Below are positions 28,360 to 39,062 of a stretch of DNA of 64,000 bases, in pieces (the stretch's first letter is position 1; the number at the start of each line of letters is the position of its first letter). The position numbers and the translations under genes were made by a program. The DNA lies in assembly GCF_038871235.1 (NCBI RefSeq), contig NZ_JAVZIN010000006.1, positions 1 to 64,000 of the forward strand. Reading direction: 5' to 3'. Under the pieces are notes generated by a model. That model worked only from the letters and a program-made list of their open reading frames with translations. It did not search any database and was not told where the DNA came from. The DNA comes from Candidatus Hadarchaeum sp. GTDB lineage: Archaea > Hadarchaeota > Hadarchaeia > Hadarchaeales > Hadarchaeaceae.

Positions 28360-28426
28360 AGTCGTTGCGAGTTTCTCATGAAGCACAATGGTTAATTTGG
28401 CGGCGGCAGCTGTTAGATGGGTTGAA

Positions 28427-29251
28427 ATGCCCGAGCTTCCCGAAGTTGAGACGATAAGAAGAGAGCTCTCTGCCAAGTTGCTGGGCAGGAGATTTTGTGA
28501 TGTTGAGATACACGACGAAAAGCCACTCCGGGGTATTTCGCCGCGGGATTTCCGTCGGCGGTTGATTGGCCAGAGAATTGGGTCTATCAGCCGTTCCGGA
28601 AAGTATCTCCTCTTTCACCTCTCCAGCGGTGAAACGCTGATCATTCATCTTCGCATGACCGGAGTACTCTTGCTGAACCCAGCGGACCAAGAAAGGTTCA
28701 TCCGAATCGTCTTCAAGTTTGATGATGACACACAACTCGTCTTCACGGATGTGCGGCGCTTTGGGGCCGTTTATCTAGTCAAGAACAAATCGGATGTGGT
28801 TGGAGCGCTCGGCGTGGAGCCACTTTCTGAGGAGTTCACTCCGGAAACGCTGGCTAGGCTGCTGGCGAAACGCAGGGCCCCGATAAAGGCGGTGCTCCTT
28901 GACCAGACCGTCATCGCCGGCATCGGCAACATGTATGCTGATGAGTCGCTGTTTTCTGCCAGAATTCATCCGCTGACTCCCGCTGGGAAGCTGAACCCAG
29001 ACCAAATAAAGGCGCTACACAGGGCAATACAGAGGATTTTGCTTCGGGCGATTGGTAAAGGTGGGGCCAGCGTCAGCACTTACAGAAGACCCGGCGGTGA
29101 AATCGGCACGGCCCACTTTGATTTCAAAGTCGCCCATTGCGGTGGAAAAAAATGCCCTAGGTGCAGGGCCGAAATTCAAAGGGTCAAGGTTAGAAACCGC
29201 AGCAGCTACTACTGTCCCCGATGCCAACTAGTTGCATCCGTAGCTACCTGA
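28427..29251 (+). CDS. mutM: Formamidopyrimidine-DNA glycosylase/AP lyase
   Basis: MPELPEVE, R.GKY, HLRMTG, D.RRFG, LLDQ..IAGIGN.YADE (H2TH), CPRC...YCPRCQ zinc finger. Confidence 0.95.
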   Translation: MPELPEVETIRRELSAKLLGRRFCDVEIHDEKPLRGISPRDFRRRLIGQRIGSISRSGKYLLFHLSSGETLIIHLRMTGVLLLNPADQERFIRIVFKFDDDTQLVFTDVRRFGAVYLVKNKSDVVGALGVEPLSEEFTPETLARLLAKRRAPIKAVLLDQTVIAGIGNMYADESLFSARIHPLTPAGKLNPDQIKALHRAIQRILLRAIGKGGASVSTYRRPGGEIGTAHFDFKVAHCGGKKCPRCRAEIQRVKVRNRSSYYCPRCQLVASVAT

Positions 29252-30458
29252 GAAAACTCAGCTCGGGCTCGGTCAGCTCCAGTGCGGCGGCTATCGCCTC
29301 AGCGGTTTTTCTGTCGTTCTTGAACACGATCCTTAGGTAGGGGATGATTTCCCGTCTGGCAATTTTCGACGAGGTGTGGCAGTGCACCGCAATCTTCTTC
29401 GCCAGCGAGTCCCTCACGGCTCTGTCGGCACGCGTTCGGGAATAGCGCCTGATGTGGCTGGGGAGCTTTGGCTTGGCCGGCTTGAGAGCCCCACTCCGGC
29501 TCAGGCTGACCCCGGCGCTCATGAGGTCGCCGGCGTAGCTCCACATTCCATAGGCTTGCCCCCTCTTCGCCCGCCCGAGGTAGATGTCGGCCTTGGATAT
29601 CGCGTCGTAGATCTTGGCCCTCGCCCCAGCCTCGCTGACCACCAGGGGGACGTTTTCGCTTATCCACGCCAGCACATCGTCCGGAGGCATGTCAAGCGAC
29701 CAGAGCAGCTTTCTCGCCTCATCGGCGCTAGTCGCCTCCAGCAGCTTGGCCAAAAACTCCTCGATTTTGATTTCTTGGTCCCGGTGGTAGAGAACCACAT
29801 CCTTGATGGTCAGCCGTTTTTTCCCGGTTGCCAGCGTCTGGAGGTCGGTTATGGCCGAGCGAAGGTCGCCCCGGGCGGTTTCCGCAATCACCTTGAGAAC
29901 AATTTCATCGAACTCTATTTTTTCCAGACGAAGTATCCTCCCAAGTTCCCTGATGATGACTTCCTCGCTGATTTTCTCGAAGCCAACCATCAGACAGGCC
30001 GCCTTGATCTCCCAAGGGATGGCATCCTTGTCATTGGCGATGAGGACGATCGGGTTGCGCGTCTCGGCGATAATCTCCTTTATCGCGCTGTAGCCGCCCC
30101 GATCAGCGGTGCCATAGATGTTGTCGGCCTCATCGAGCACAATTAGCCTTTTTGCCGCCGTTCCGCCGAATAGGGTCCCCGTTGAAGCCGCCGTACCCGC
30201 GACGCGCTTCACCTCAGCCAAGGTGCGCTGGTCGCTGGCATTCATCTCGATCAGGTCCCAGCCGAAATCGCCGGCCAGTGCCGCGGCAGCAGCGCTCTTA
30301 CCCGTTCCGGCCGGGCCGTAGAACAGGGCGGTGGTCTTTGCCGGCCTACCCCGTTCCCATGATTGAGCCCAGCGGGCGATGTCCGAAATCGCCTTGGGCT
30401 GCCCCACGATGTCCTTGAGCCTCTTCGGCCGGTACTTCTCGACCCAGGGGAGATTCAT
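29244..30458 (-). CDS. rfcL: Replication factor C large subunit
   Basis: PWVEKYRP, YGPAGTGKS, EMNASD, LDEAD, GDLRSAI.DLQ, WISEN. Confidence 0.93.
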   Translation of the reverse strand: MNLPWVEKYRPKRLKDIVGQPKAISDIARWAQSWERGRPAKTTALFYGPAGTGKSAAAAALAGDFGWDLIEMNASDQRTLAEVKRVAGTAASTGTLFGGTAAKRLIVLDEADNIYGTADRGGYSAIKEIIAETRNPIVLIANDKDAIPWEIKAACLMVGFEKISEEVIIRELGRILRLEKIEFDEIVLKVIAETARGDLRSAITDLQTLATGKKRLTIKDVVLYHRDQEIKIEEFLAKLLEATSADEARKLLWSLDMPPDDVLAWISENVPLVVSEAGARAKIYDAISKADIYLGRAKRGQAYGMWSYAGDLMSAGVSLSRSGALKPAKPKLPSHIRRYSRTRADRAVRDSLAKKIAVHCHTSSKIARREIIPYLRIVFKNDRKTAEAIAAALELTEPELSFLR

Positions 30459-30834
30459 GATACCGATGAACTTTTCAGCAGATTTCGATTTAAGCCTGAC
30501 CGATTTTTAGAACCGCTAAACCCAAGATGATTCGAGTTTCATGAAGTGACCACGAATAGCCCACATTGTAACTCCCCGGTTGACAGCTATCAATAGCGAC
30601 CTTTGAATTCGATTCGGAAAGAGACGATTTTGGTGACCAGCGCTGGTGTCAACCCTCAGTTTACATTCCGCGCAGTTTTTATCCGAGCCAAGGTGAACTC
30701 CCCAGTTAACATTTTTCAGCCAGTTCATCTTGGTGGGAGAATTCAATTGATATGAAAAATTTGATGCCTCTTTTCTCCGTGGTTGGGTCTTCGTCTGAAA
30801 ATCCACTTAAACAAGAAATGTGAAGAGAGATTGA

Positions 30835-32151
30835 GTGATCGGTTTGAAGCTGGCGGTGATCTCCGACCCCCACCTCGGCACCAAGTGGGGAAGTCCGCGG
30901 GAGCAGGATTCTTTCGATCAATTCCGCGAGGCGATTGAAAGGGCGATGGGGTACGGCGCCCAGCTGATTCTCATCTTAGGCGACATCTTTGACACCAGAA
31001 TCCCAAGGCAGGAGATCTGGGCCCAGGCGCTGAGGATACTCTCGCTACCACTGGCCCACGGCAGGAACAGCGTCAGGTTGGTCAGGACTATCGATAAGGA
31101 CACGAAGGAGATCTCCCCCGTGGCCCTGCGCGGGATTCCAGTGGTGGCCCTTCATGGCAACCACGAGCGGAGGACCAAAGGATTGACCAACCCCGTCGAG
31201 GCGCTTGAGGCCGCGGGGCTGGTGATCCACCTACACCACAACTCGCTCGTCTTTGAGGGGGGCGGCCGGTTAATAGCCATCCACGGCATGAGCAACGTCC
31301 CGGAACAGTATGCCTCCAAAGTGCTCAAGATGTGGAACCCGAAGCCCGTAGAGGGTGCCTTCAACGTCCTCGCCCTGCACCAATCCATCGGCCAATACGT
31401 GTATTCAGGAGAGGAAACGCCGACGCTCGACGTTTCCGACCTACCACCAGGCTTCGACCTTTATCTCTGCGGCCACATCCACTACCGCAACGAGGCCTCG
31501 GCCCACGGCAGGCCGCTCATCTTCCCCGGTAGCACCGAACGAACGCAGCTGATCAAGGTGGAGGCGGAGGTCCCCAAGGGCTTTTACATGCTGGAAATCG
31601 GCGAGGGATTGAGGCTTGAGTTCATCGAGCTGAAGAAGCAGCGCGACTTCTATTACGAGGAGATGAGGTTCGACGGCGCCACGATTTTCGAAATCGACAA
31701 CGCGGTCAGAGTCAAGCTGAACGAGATTCTGCAGCGGCCCCGGAAGAATCCCAACAAGCTGCCGATGATCAGGCTGAGGTTGATGGGGACGCTGGCCAAG
31801 GAGGCTTCCCGGAGCGAGTTCGACGACAGGCTGATTTCGGAGGACTTCGCCGATCGAGCCATCGTCGTCATCGGTAAGGCCGACCTGCAGGCACCTGAGA
31901 TCGGAGAAAAGGTGCAGATGCTGCGCGAACTCAGGGAACAGAGGCTGTCGATGGATGAAACCGCCATGCGCCTTCTCGAGGATAGCCTGCGTGATGCCGC
32001 TCAAGTGAGCATGTTCGATGTGAGATCTCTTTACAACCTGCTAGTCGCGGATAGGGTTGATGAGGCTCTTCAGAACGTGTACCGTGTTGTGGAGAGCCTA
32101 GTGAAAGCAGATGTGAAGGAGAAAAAGGATGATAACGTTTGTCAAACTTAA
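30835..32151 (+). CDS. mre11: DNA double-strand break repair nuclease Mre11
   Basis: SDPHLG, GDIFD, GNHE, LHQ, GHIH, PGS phosphoesterase motifs; overlaps rad50. Confidence 0.9.
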   Translation: MIGLKLAVISDPHLGTKWGSPREQDSFDQFREAIERAMGYGAQLILILGDIFDTRIPRQEIWAQALRILSLPLAHGRNSVRLVRTIDKDTKEISPVALRGIPVVALHGNHERRTKGLTNPVEALEAAGLVIHLHHNSLVFEGGGRLIAIHGMSNVPEQYASKVLKMWNPKPVEGAFNVLALHQSIGQYVYSGEETPTLDVSDLPPGFDLYLCGHIHYRNEASAHGRPLIFPGSTERTQLIKVEAEVPKGFYMLEIGEGLRLEFIELKKQRDFYYEEMRFDGATIFEIDNAVRVKLNEILQRPRKNPNKLPMIRLRLMGTLAKEASRSEFDDRLISEDFADRAIVVIGKADLQAPEIGEKVQMLRELREQRLSMDETAMRLLEDSLRDAAQVSMFDVRSLYNLLVADRVDEALQNVYRVVESLVKADVKEKKDDNVCQT

Positions 32152-34528
32152 GAACTGGAAATCGCACCGCGAAACTGAACTTGTCTTCGGTGATGGTACC
32201 AATGTCTTAGTCGGCATCATGGGTTCAGGGAAGTCCTCGGTGATGGAAGGGATCACCTACGCTCTCTTTGGAACCCTGCCTGCGGTTCAGTCCCGCCGCA
32301 TCAAGCTTGAGGATCTGATCACCAGCCGGCCCAAGCCACTTGACCGGGCCGAGGTTGAAGTTCACTTCTTGAGTCCTGAGGGTGAGGAGTACTCGGTCAG
32401 ACGGGTTGTAGAGAGGGGCTCTGGGACGACGCTGGCTGAGCTAAGGAAGGTCAGCGGGGAGCTGATCGAGGGCCCGAACTCCTCCCGCGTTACCGAGGCC
32501 ATCGGGTCAATTCTTGATTTGGATTACGACCTTTTTGAACGCGCGATCTATTCCGAGCAGAATCGCCTTGACTACTTTCTGACCCTGCCTCGCGGCAAAA
32601 GAATGGAGAGCATCGACGAGCTGCTGGGCATAAACAAGCTGGAGAAGGCGAGGAAGAGTCTGGGTTCGATGATTACACGAATCACCGAGCGAGCGGAGGA
32701 GCGGGAGATAGCGGCGCGGAACCTAGGACAGGACCCGGCGATACCGGCTCTGCCGGTTTACCTCCAGGAAATTGCCCAGCTTGAGTCTTCGCGGCAGGAG
32801 ATCCAAGTCCAGCTAGGGCAACTGCGGACAGAGCTGGAATCGATCCGGGCCCAAGATCAGCGTTTCCGCGCCCTAGAGCAGCAGCTCAGGAGCCTGGAGC
32901 AATCGAAGCGGGCGCTGGAGAGCGCTGCGGAGATGTTGGGCAGGAGTATTGATGAGTTGCGGCAGAGGCTCGGAGCCCACGCAAGTTTACCGGTGGAAAG
33001 AATCAAGGCTGAGTCAGACGAGGTTGAGTCCTCACTCGCCGCTAAAACATCAAGGCTTAACTCGCTACTTTCCAGCCTCACCGAGGTCAGCTCGCAGCTG
33101 CAGGGGCTGGAGGCGAGGAAGGCCATGACCCGAGATGCCGCTGAGAAACTAAGGATCGAGATCGAGCATAAGCGTGCGGCGCGGGCCAAGCTTGAGGCGC
33201 TAAAACCTCTGCAGGCCGCCAATCCCGTCGATAAGATCCAGGAGGAGCTCAGGCGGGCAGACGATGCTCTGGCGGGCTATCGCGCCAGAATAAAAGATTT
33301 GGTCACTGCCTTGGACGAGCTGGAGGAAGCCGAGGCGATTTGTCCGGTCTGCGAGACTCCGCTCACCAAAATGAGAAAGGAGGAACTACTGGAGCAGCGT
33401 CGGAGGGAGCTGAGGGAGCTGGAAGGAAAAAGCCGTGAGGCTGAGTCCCTCTCCTCGGAACTGAAGGAAAAGCTACGCCGTGCTCGTGAGCTGCAACAGA
33501 GCATCCTGCTGCTGGAGAAGGAGGTGGAGCCGCTCCCCAGTTTAGAGAGGGAGCATTCGGAGACGCTGAGGCGGCTTTCCGAGCTTGAGGCCGCCGCTCC
33601 TGAGCTGCTGAAAAAAAGAGAAGCGCTGGTCGAAGAAGTCGAGCGAACCAGAAACGAAGTGGACGAGCTGAACAAGAAGCTCTCCACCTTGAGGCAGGTC
33701 CTTCAGAACAGAGCAGATTTAGACTCCCGGGTTCGTGAACATCAATTTAGACTGGTTGAGATTTCCCAAGTGGAGAAGAAGCTGGAGCAGCTCAGGATGG
33801 TCTATGATGAGGCTAAGGCTGAGAGCGTCCGCCGGCAGGCCGAACAGCTTGTGGGGTCCTTGGAGAGGCTTCGAGCAGAGCTGCAGGGCAAGGAGCAGCT
33901 CATGGCGGAGAAGAGACGGCTGGTAGAAACAGTGAAGGAGAAGCTGAGGTTGGTAAAGTGGTATGAGGCTGAGGCTAGGCGACTCCGGGAAGCGGCCATG
34001 GCCATGAGCACAATTCAGACAGCCCTAGCGAGAACCCAGACTACAATGAGGAAGATGTTCATCGAAGGGGTCAACATGGTCATGAACGACCTCTGGGAGA
34101 GTATCTACCCCTATGGCGACTTCGTGGGCATCAGGCTCGGCGTGGAGAACGGAGACCGGGGCGACTACGTCCTCCAGCTGCGGGACCGGTCGGGAAACTG
34201 GATTCCGGTTGATGGGATTGCCAGCGGTGGCGAGAGGACGGATGCCGCCTTGGCGCTCAGGATTTCCTTCTCCATGGTGCTGGCGCCGAAGCTGAACTGG
34301 ATAGTCTTCGACGAGCCCACCCACAACCTAGACGCCGAGGGAATCCAAGAGCTGGCGAAGGTCCTGAGAGATCGCCTTCCCGATTTCGTCCGCCAGATCC
34401 TGCTGATAACCCATGAGGAAAGGCTGGAGAACGCGGTGAGCGGTTATCTCTACCGATTCACTAGAGACAAGCGGGAGGACGAGCCCACGAGAGTGGAGCA
34501 GGTGACGGCCCCGGAGCTTTACGATTGA
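32129..34528 (+). CDS. rad50: DNA double-strand break repair ATPase Rad50
   Basis: LKNWKSH, GIMGSGKSS, long coiled coil with central CPVC zinc hook, ASGGE, FDEPT.NLD, ITH. Confidence 0.92.
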   Translation: MITFVKLKNWKSHRETELVFGDGTNVLVGIMGSGKSSVMEGITYALFGTLPAVQSRRIKLEDLITSRPKPLDRAEVEVHFLSPEGEEYSVRRVVERGSGTTLAELRKVSGELIEGPNSSRVTEAIGSILDLDYDLFERAIYSEQNRLDYFLTLPRGKRMESIDELLGINKLEKARKSLGSMITRITERAEEREIAARNLGQDPAIPALPVYLQEIAQLESSRQEIQVQLGQLRTELESIRAQDQRFRALEQQLRSLEQSKRALESAAEMLGRSIDELRQRLGAHASLPVERIKAESDEVESSLAAKTSRLNSLLSSLTEVSSQLQGLEARKAMTRDAAEKLRIEIEHKRAARAKLEALKPLQAANPVDKIQEELRRADDALAGYRARIKDLVTALDELEEAEAICPVCETPLTKMRKEELLEQRRRELRELEGKSREAESLSSELKEKLRRARELQQSILLLEKEVEPLPSLEREHSETLRRLSELEAAAPELLKKREALVEEVERTRNEVDELNKKLSTLRQVLQNRADLDSRVREHQFRLVEISQVEKKLEQLRMVYDEAKAESVRRQAEQLVGSLERLRAELQGKEQLMAEKRRLVETVKEKLRLVKWYEAEARRLREAAMAMSTIQTALARTQTTMRKMFIEGVNMVMNDLWESIYPYGDFVGIRLGVENGDRGDYVLQLRDRSGNWIPVDGIASGGERTDAALALRISFSMVLAPKLNWIVFDEPTHNLDAEGIQELAKVLRDRLPDFVRQILLITHEERLENAVSGYLYRFTRDKREDEPTRVEQVTAPELYD

Positions 34529-35874
34529 GCCTTGGTATAGGGTTCGAGTTCCTTAACCACTTTATCCACTATCGCCGTGGCCCTGCCGAGATATCTACGG
34601 TAGTCGAGCAGTTCTCCGAGTTCTTCCTTCGGGATAAATTTAGTAATTGCCGGCTCGCGGGAGAGTATCTCAATCAGCGGCTGGTCGTTAGCAATGGCTC
34701 GAGCGCTGCATCGTCTCAGCAGGGAATGGGCCTCCTGCCGGTTCATCCCTCTCTGGGTCAGCTCGATCATCACCGCCTCGGCCATGTTCAGGCCCTTGGT
34801 CAGCTCTAGGTTCTTCTTCATCTGCTCGGGAAAAACGTTCAGCTTGCTGAGGACGAAAATCGCCGTATTGAGCATCTCATCCATCAGGAGAAAAGACTCC
34901 GGCAGCAAAACGCGTTCGCACGAGGAGTTGGTCAGGTCCCTTTCATGCTCCAGCACGATGTTTTCCATCGCGGCTTGGACATGGCCGCGGAGAATCCTCG
35001 CCAAGCCACAGATCTTCTCGCACCGGATCGGGTTGCGCTTGTGCGGCATGGTGCTGCTGCCTACCTGCTGCACGGCAAATGGCTCCGCGACCTCTCCTAT
35101 CTCAGTGCGCTGGAGGTTCCTGATTTCCCGGGCCATCTTGTCCAGCGTTGAGGCCAGCAGGCCGAAGAACAAGATAAGCTCTGCTAAACGGTCACGCTGC
35201 AGGATCTGGTTGGTCGCCGTGGCTGGCGTTAACCTTAGTTCCTGCATGACCAAGCGCTGGACCTTCTCCGCGTGTTCTCCCCAAGCGGCTCCGGTTCCAA
35301 CCGCCCCGCTCATCTTTCCGACGAAGACCCGCGGCTTGAGCTGCCCCAGCCTCTCCAGATGTCGACTGATTTCTGAGGCCCAGATGGCGAGCTTAAGACC
35401 CAGCGTCGTGGGCAGGGCGTGCTGGCCATGAGTTCGTCCCACCATGATGGTGTTTCTGTGCTCTAGGGCCCGGTGAAGCAATATCACCAGAAGATTGCGG
35501 AGTTGCCGTTCGATAATGTTCAGGCCGTCGCGGATCTGAAGCGCCATCGCCGTGTCTAGGATATCGTTGCTCGTCGCCCCGAGATGGACATAGCGTCCAG
35601 ATTTGCCCGAGACCTCGGCGAGGGCCATGGCCACCGCCATCGTTTCGTGCTGGAACTCTTGCTCGAGTTTCCTTATTCTCTCGATCCTCACCTTCTTGAT
35701 CGAGGCACAGCTGGCTATTTTTTTCGCGTCTTTCTTTGGCACCAGCCCGACGTTCGCCAAGGCTTTAGCTAGGGCGGCCTCGACGTCCAGCATCCTCTGC
35801 AGGCTCGATTCAACGTCAAAAATCGATCGCATCTCGTGGCTTCCGTATCTCCATTCGATAGGATGAACGGGCAC
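34519..35874 (-). CDS. purB: Adenylosuccinate lyase
   Basis: HLGATSNDI, GRTHGQHA, GSSTMPHKRNP, HERDLTNS. Confidence 0.95.
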   Translation of the reverse strand: MPVHPIEWRYGSHEMRSIFDVESSLQRMLDVEAALAKALANVGLVPKKDAKKIASCASIKKVRIERIRKLEQEFQHETMAVAMALAEVSGKSGRYVHLGATSNDILDTAMALQIRDGLNIIERQLRNLLVILLHRALEHRNTIMVGRTHGQHALPTTLGLKLAIWASEISRHLERLGQLKPRVFVGKMSGAVGTGAAWGEHAEKVQRLVMQELRLTPATATNQILQRDRLAELILFFGLLASTLDKMAREIRNLQRTEIGEVAEPFAVQQVGSSTMPHKRNPIRCEKICGLARILRGHVQAAMENIVLEHERDLTNSSCERVLLPESFLLMDEMLNTAIFVLSKLNVFPEQMKKNLELTKGLNMAEAVMIELTQRGMNRQEAHSLLRRCSARAIANDQPLIEILSREPAITKFIPKEELGELLDYRRYLGRATAIVDKVVKELEPYTKAQS

Positions 35875-35933
35875 CTTGACTCCCTAATCGAGGAGGGTCG
35901 GCAAAGGATAAAACGCTGTTGTTTTAGTGATTT

Positions 35934-36641
35934 TCAAAGCAGCCGGCGTAGCTCAGCCAGATTTCTAACGGTGAAATCTGCCCTCTCCACCACTTGCCAG
36001 TCCCTTCGCTTTACCAAGATCGTTTTCATGCCCGCGACTTTACCGCCCTCAATGTCAGTGAACGGCTTGTCGCCGACGAAGACGCACTCATCCGGCCTGA
36101 CGCCAAGCCTCTCGGCGGCGATTAAAAAGGGTCCTGGGTCGGGTTTGGTTTTCGGCGTGTCCTCACCACTGATAATGATCACGTCAAACTTATCCATGAA
36201 ATTAAACTGTTTGAGCCTCATCTCCTTGATGCCCTTGGTCCCGTCAGTGTCAGTGACCATTCCCAGCCGGTAACCCCTGCTTCTGAGGTACTCCAGCGTT
36301 GGCCCTGCGTCGGGATAAGGTCGGCTGTTCTCGGCAAAGGTCTTCCAGTAAGTCTGGGTCAGCTCCTCAAGGAGTTCCCGGGGCAGCTCGACTTTCAGCC
36401 CCATCTTTTCCAGCAGCATCGGCCACCAGTCGTTGCGGATGTACTTCCTCTCAAAATTCATCTTGTCATCCAGCTTGGTGATCTGCTGGAAGAGTTCCTC
36501 TTCGTCTGCCTCAACACCACGTTTCAGCAGAAAGTCTCTGAGCTTTTTTGCCACGGCGCGGTGGCACTTCTTCAGACCGGGAAGGTCATCGATGAGCGTT
36601 TCGTCCAAGTCGAAGAGCACCGCCTTGATTCCCACTATCAT
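35934..36641 (-). CDS. HAD-superfamily hydrolase
   Basis: FDLDETL, KPDP, VGDK..TDI.G. Confidence 0.9.
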   Translation of the reverse strand: MIVGIKAVLFDLDETLIDDLPGLKKCHRAVAKKLRDFLLKRGVEADEEELFQQITKLDDKMNFERKYIRNDWWPMLLEKMGLKVELPRELLEELTQTYWKTFAENSRPYPDAGPTLEYLRSRGYRLGMVTDTDGTKGIKEMRLKQFNFMDKFDVIIISGEDTPKTKPDPGPFLIAAERLGVRPDECVFVGDKPFTDIEGGKVAGMKTILVKRRDWQVVERADFTVRNLAELRRLL

Positions 36642-37304
36642 TCATCTCACCTCAGTACCACCGCAGAACCTGGTTATATACTCCACCGCGGTTTCCGCAG
36701 CCTCCACCAGCTTTTGCTCTTCCATTCCCGGAGCGCCGCAGATGAGGAGGCAGAGGTCCCTAGTTTCAAGCGTGACTTTTGTTTCTTCTGAGTCGCGGTG
36801 AGGATAAATTGCGATCAGCTTTTCCTCATCCGAGACCACCAGTTCCACGCCGTTCAGCACGATGGGTAGATCCATACCTATGCCCAGAAATTTCTCCCCC
36901 TTGTTAGCGAGTCTCAGTGTGAGGTCACCTCTGAGCTTTCCAGCGTCGAAGGCGCCAAGAGCCACCCCGGTCTGCATCGACGCCAGATTGTAGGAGTCAA
37001 CCAAGGTGTTGATGGTGGGCAGTGGCTTTCCGGCGAGAATTCTCCTGATCAGGGCCTCTGCGGCCGGTCTGGTCTTAGTTGGGTCTATTCCGGCGCGCCA
37101 GAAGAAGTCGCGATAGGCCCTGAAGACTGGCTCGTCCTTCACCGTTTCCAGCCGGTATTTTCTTTTTATCTCCTCAGCGATTTTTTCCTTGAACAGCTGC
37201 AGCTGGTCGCTCTCTCTCTCCACCCTCAGGCCGGTGAGGCGGCGGAGCAGAACCTGCAGACCCGGAAAGCGCTGGAGAAGCAGCGGCTGGATGGTTATCT
37301 TCAT
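36642..37304 (-). CDS. Stand-alone B3/B4 (PheRS-beta editing-like) domain protein
   Basis: AYRDFFW..GIDPTKTRPAAEAL.RR, INTLVD.YN..S...G..D. Confidence 0.85.
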   Translation of the reverse strand: MKITIQPLLLQRFPGLQVLLRRLTGLRVERESDQLQLFKEKIAEEIKRKYRLETVKDEPVFRAYRDFFWRAGIDPTKTRPAAEALIRRILAGKPLPTINTLVDSYNLASMQTGVALGAFDAGKLRGDLTLRLANKGEKFLGIGMDLPIVLNGVELVVSDEEKLIAIYPHRDSEETKVTLETRDLCLLICGAPGMEEQKLVEAAETAVEYITRFCGGTEVR

Positions 37305-37312
37305 GTTATTCC

Positions 37313-38068
37313 CTAGGCAGAAGTTTTCCTGAAGAGATAGCCACCGATGAGCACCATCGCTGTTGAGAAGCCCAACAGTACCCCGAAGTCCAACCAGAGC
37401 GACAGGTCGGAGATGCCGATTATTGCTCCTCTCAGCCCATCGACGCCATATCTCAGCGGGTTCACGTAGGCGATTGCCTTCATCCAGTCAGGAGCTGTGG
37501 CCAGCGGGAACAGCGCTCCCGAGAGGAAGAAGAGTGGCATGACGAGGAAGTTAGCCACCAGCGGGAAGGCGACCGGGTCGGACATCTTGGAGGCGAAGGC
37601 GAGACCGAGAGAGACGAAGGCAAGCGAGACGAAGAACATGAACACCAGCACCTGGGCGAAGGCGACCAGCGTGGGTGGCCAGACACCAACCAGCGACGCC
37701 GCCAGCAGGAGCAGCAGCCCCTGTAGCATCGAGGTGGTCACTCCTCCTAGGGCCTTCCCCAGCATGATGTGGGTTCGGGCAACCGGGGCCACCAGTATCT
37801 CCTTGAGAAAGCCGAACTGCTTGTCCCAGAGGACGGAAACGCCTGACATTATTGAGGAGAAGATCAGCGTCATCCCGATGATGCCAGGTGCCATGAACTC
37901 CAGGTAGCTCTGGCCACCGGGCAGCTTGAAGGCGGAGCTCATCCCGATCCCGATGATGGCCAGCCAGAGGAAGGGCTGCACCACCGACTGGACGATCCTT
38001 GTCTTGCCCCTGAGGAACCACTTCATCTCCCTCAACCAGAGGGTGTAAATGACCTGCGCGGCGCCCAT
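37313..38068 (-). CDS. ABC-2 type exporter permease
   Basis: Y..F.APGI, DKQFGFLKEILVAP, FLSGALFP, NPL.YGVD. Confidence 0.9.
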   Translation of the reverse strand: MGAAQVIYTLWLREMKWFLRGKTRIVQSVVQPFLWLAIIGIGMSSAFKLPGGQSYLEFMAPGIIGMTLIFSSIMSGVSVLWDKQFGFLKEILVAPVARTHIMLGKALGGVTTSMLQGLLLLLAASLVGVWPPTLVAFAQVLVFMFFVSLAFVSLGLAFASKMSDPVAFPLVANFLVMPLFFLSGALFPLATAPDWMKAIAYVNPLRYGVDGLRGAIIGISDLSLWLDFGVLLGFSTAMVLIGGYLFRKTSA

Positions 38069-38069
38069 C

Positions 38070-39062
38070 TCATCTCCTCCAGTGACCGGGCATCCTAAAT
38101 CGGCTGGCTGCGTCGGGGCCCTCTTCCCTGATCGCCTTTCCAGTGAAGTTTATGAAGACATCCTCGAGTGACGGTCTCTTCAGGCTGACTTCGTGAACTT
38201 GGCCACCTTTCCTCCTCACCGTTTCGATTATCTTGGGGATGGTCTTGCTCCCGTTACTCACTTGGAGTTGCAGAGAGTCACTAGTGACTTTGACACCTTT
38301 CACCAGCCCGCTTCTTTGGAAGATTTGCAGGAACTTTTTCAAGTTATCGACCTTGAGGTAAACCACATCTCCCTCGAGCTTGTCCTTCAGCGCCTGCGGG
38401 GTATCAAGCGCCACAATTCTACCCATGTCGATGATGCCCACCCGATCGCAGAGGTAGTCGGCCTCCTCGATGTAGTGGGTGGTTAGAACGATGGTGATTT
38501 TCTCCGTTTGGTTCAGCTTTTCGATCTGTTCCCAGACCACGCGCCTGGTCTGTGCATCCAGCCCCAGCGTGGGCTCGTCCAAGAAGAGAATTTTGGGACG
38601 GTGCATCAGCCCTCGGGCTATTTCCAGCCGGCGTTTCATGCCGCCGGAGTAGGTCTTCACCAGAGAATTAGCACGGTTGGTTAGACCGACCAAGCTGAGC
38701 ACCTCCTCGATTCTCGCTTTCCTCTCTTCACTGCTCATGCCGTACATTCTACCGTGGAAGTCTAGGTTTTCCCACCCGGTCAGGTTGCTGTCAAGCGATG
38801 GTTCTTGAAAGACAATTCCAATTGACGATCTGACTTCATCCGGCTCCTTGCAGACGTCATGGCCGACCACCTTGGCCGTCCCCGAGGTGGGGGGCAGGAT
38901 GGTGCAGAGGATGTGCGTCAAAGTTGTCTTGCCCGCGCCATTGGGCCCGAGCAACCCGAAGATTTCACCGTACTTTATCCTCAGGCTGACGCTGTTTACT
39001 GCCACGATTTCTCCGAACTTTCTCGTCAGGCGTTCGGTTTCAATGGCGTAACCGTCGTGCAT
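38070..39062 (-). CDS. DrrA-like ABC exporter ATPase
   Basis: GPNGAGKTT, YSGGMKRRLEIA, LDEPTLGLD, TTHY.EEA, PSLEDVF. Confidence 0.92.
   Translation of the reverse strand: MHDGYAIETERLTRKFGEIVAVNSVSLRIKYGEIFGLLGPNGAGKTTLTHILCTILPPTSGTAKVVGHDVCKEPDEVRSSIGIVFQEPSLDSNLTGWENLDFHGRMYGMSSEERKARIEEVLSLVGLTNRANSLVKTYSGGMKRRLEIARGLMHRPKILFLDEPTLGLDAQTRRVVWEQIEKLNQTEKITIVLTTHYIEEADYLCDRVGIIDMGRIVALDTPQALKDKLEGDVVYLKVDNLKKFLQIFQRSGLVKGVKVTSDSLQLQVSNGSKTIPKIIETVRRKGGQVHEVSLKRPSLEDVFINFTGKAIREEGPDAASRFRMPGHWRR

Noticed and set aside
30460-30834. 375-nt intergenic region as possible ncRNA or replication origin
   Set aside because: No stable long stems, ORB-like repeats or adjacent cdc6 recognised; consistent with divergent promoters.
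32700-34000. Repetitive GAG/CTG-rich sequence
   Set aside because: Codon bias of the Rad50 coiled coil, not a DNA repeat.
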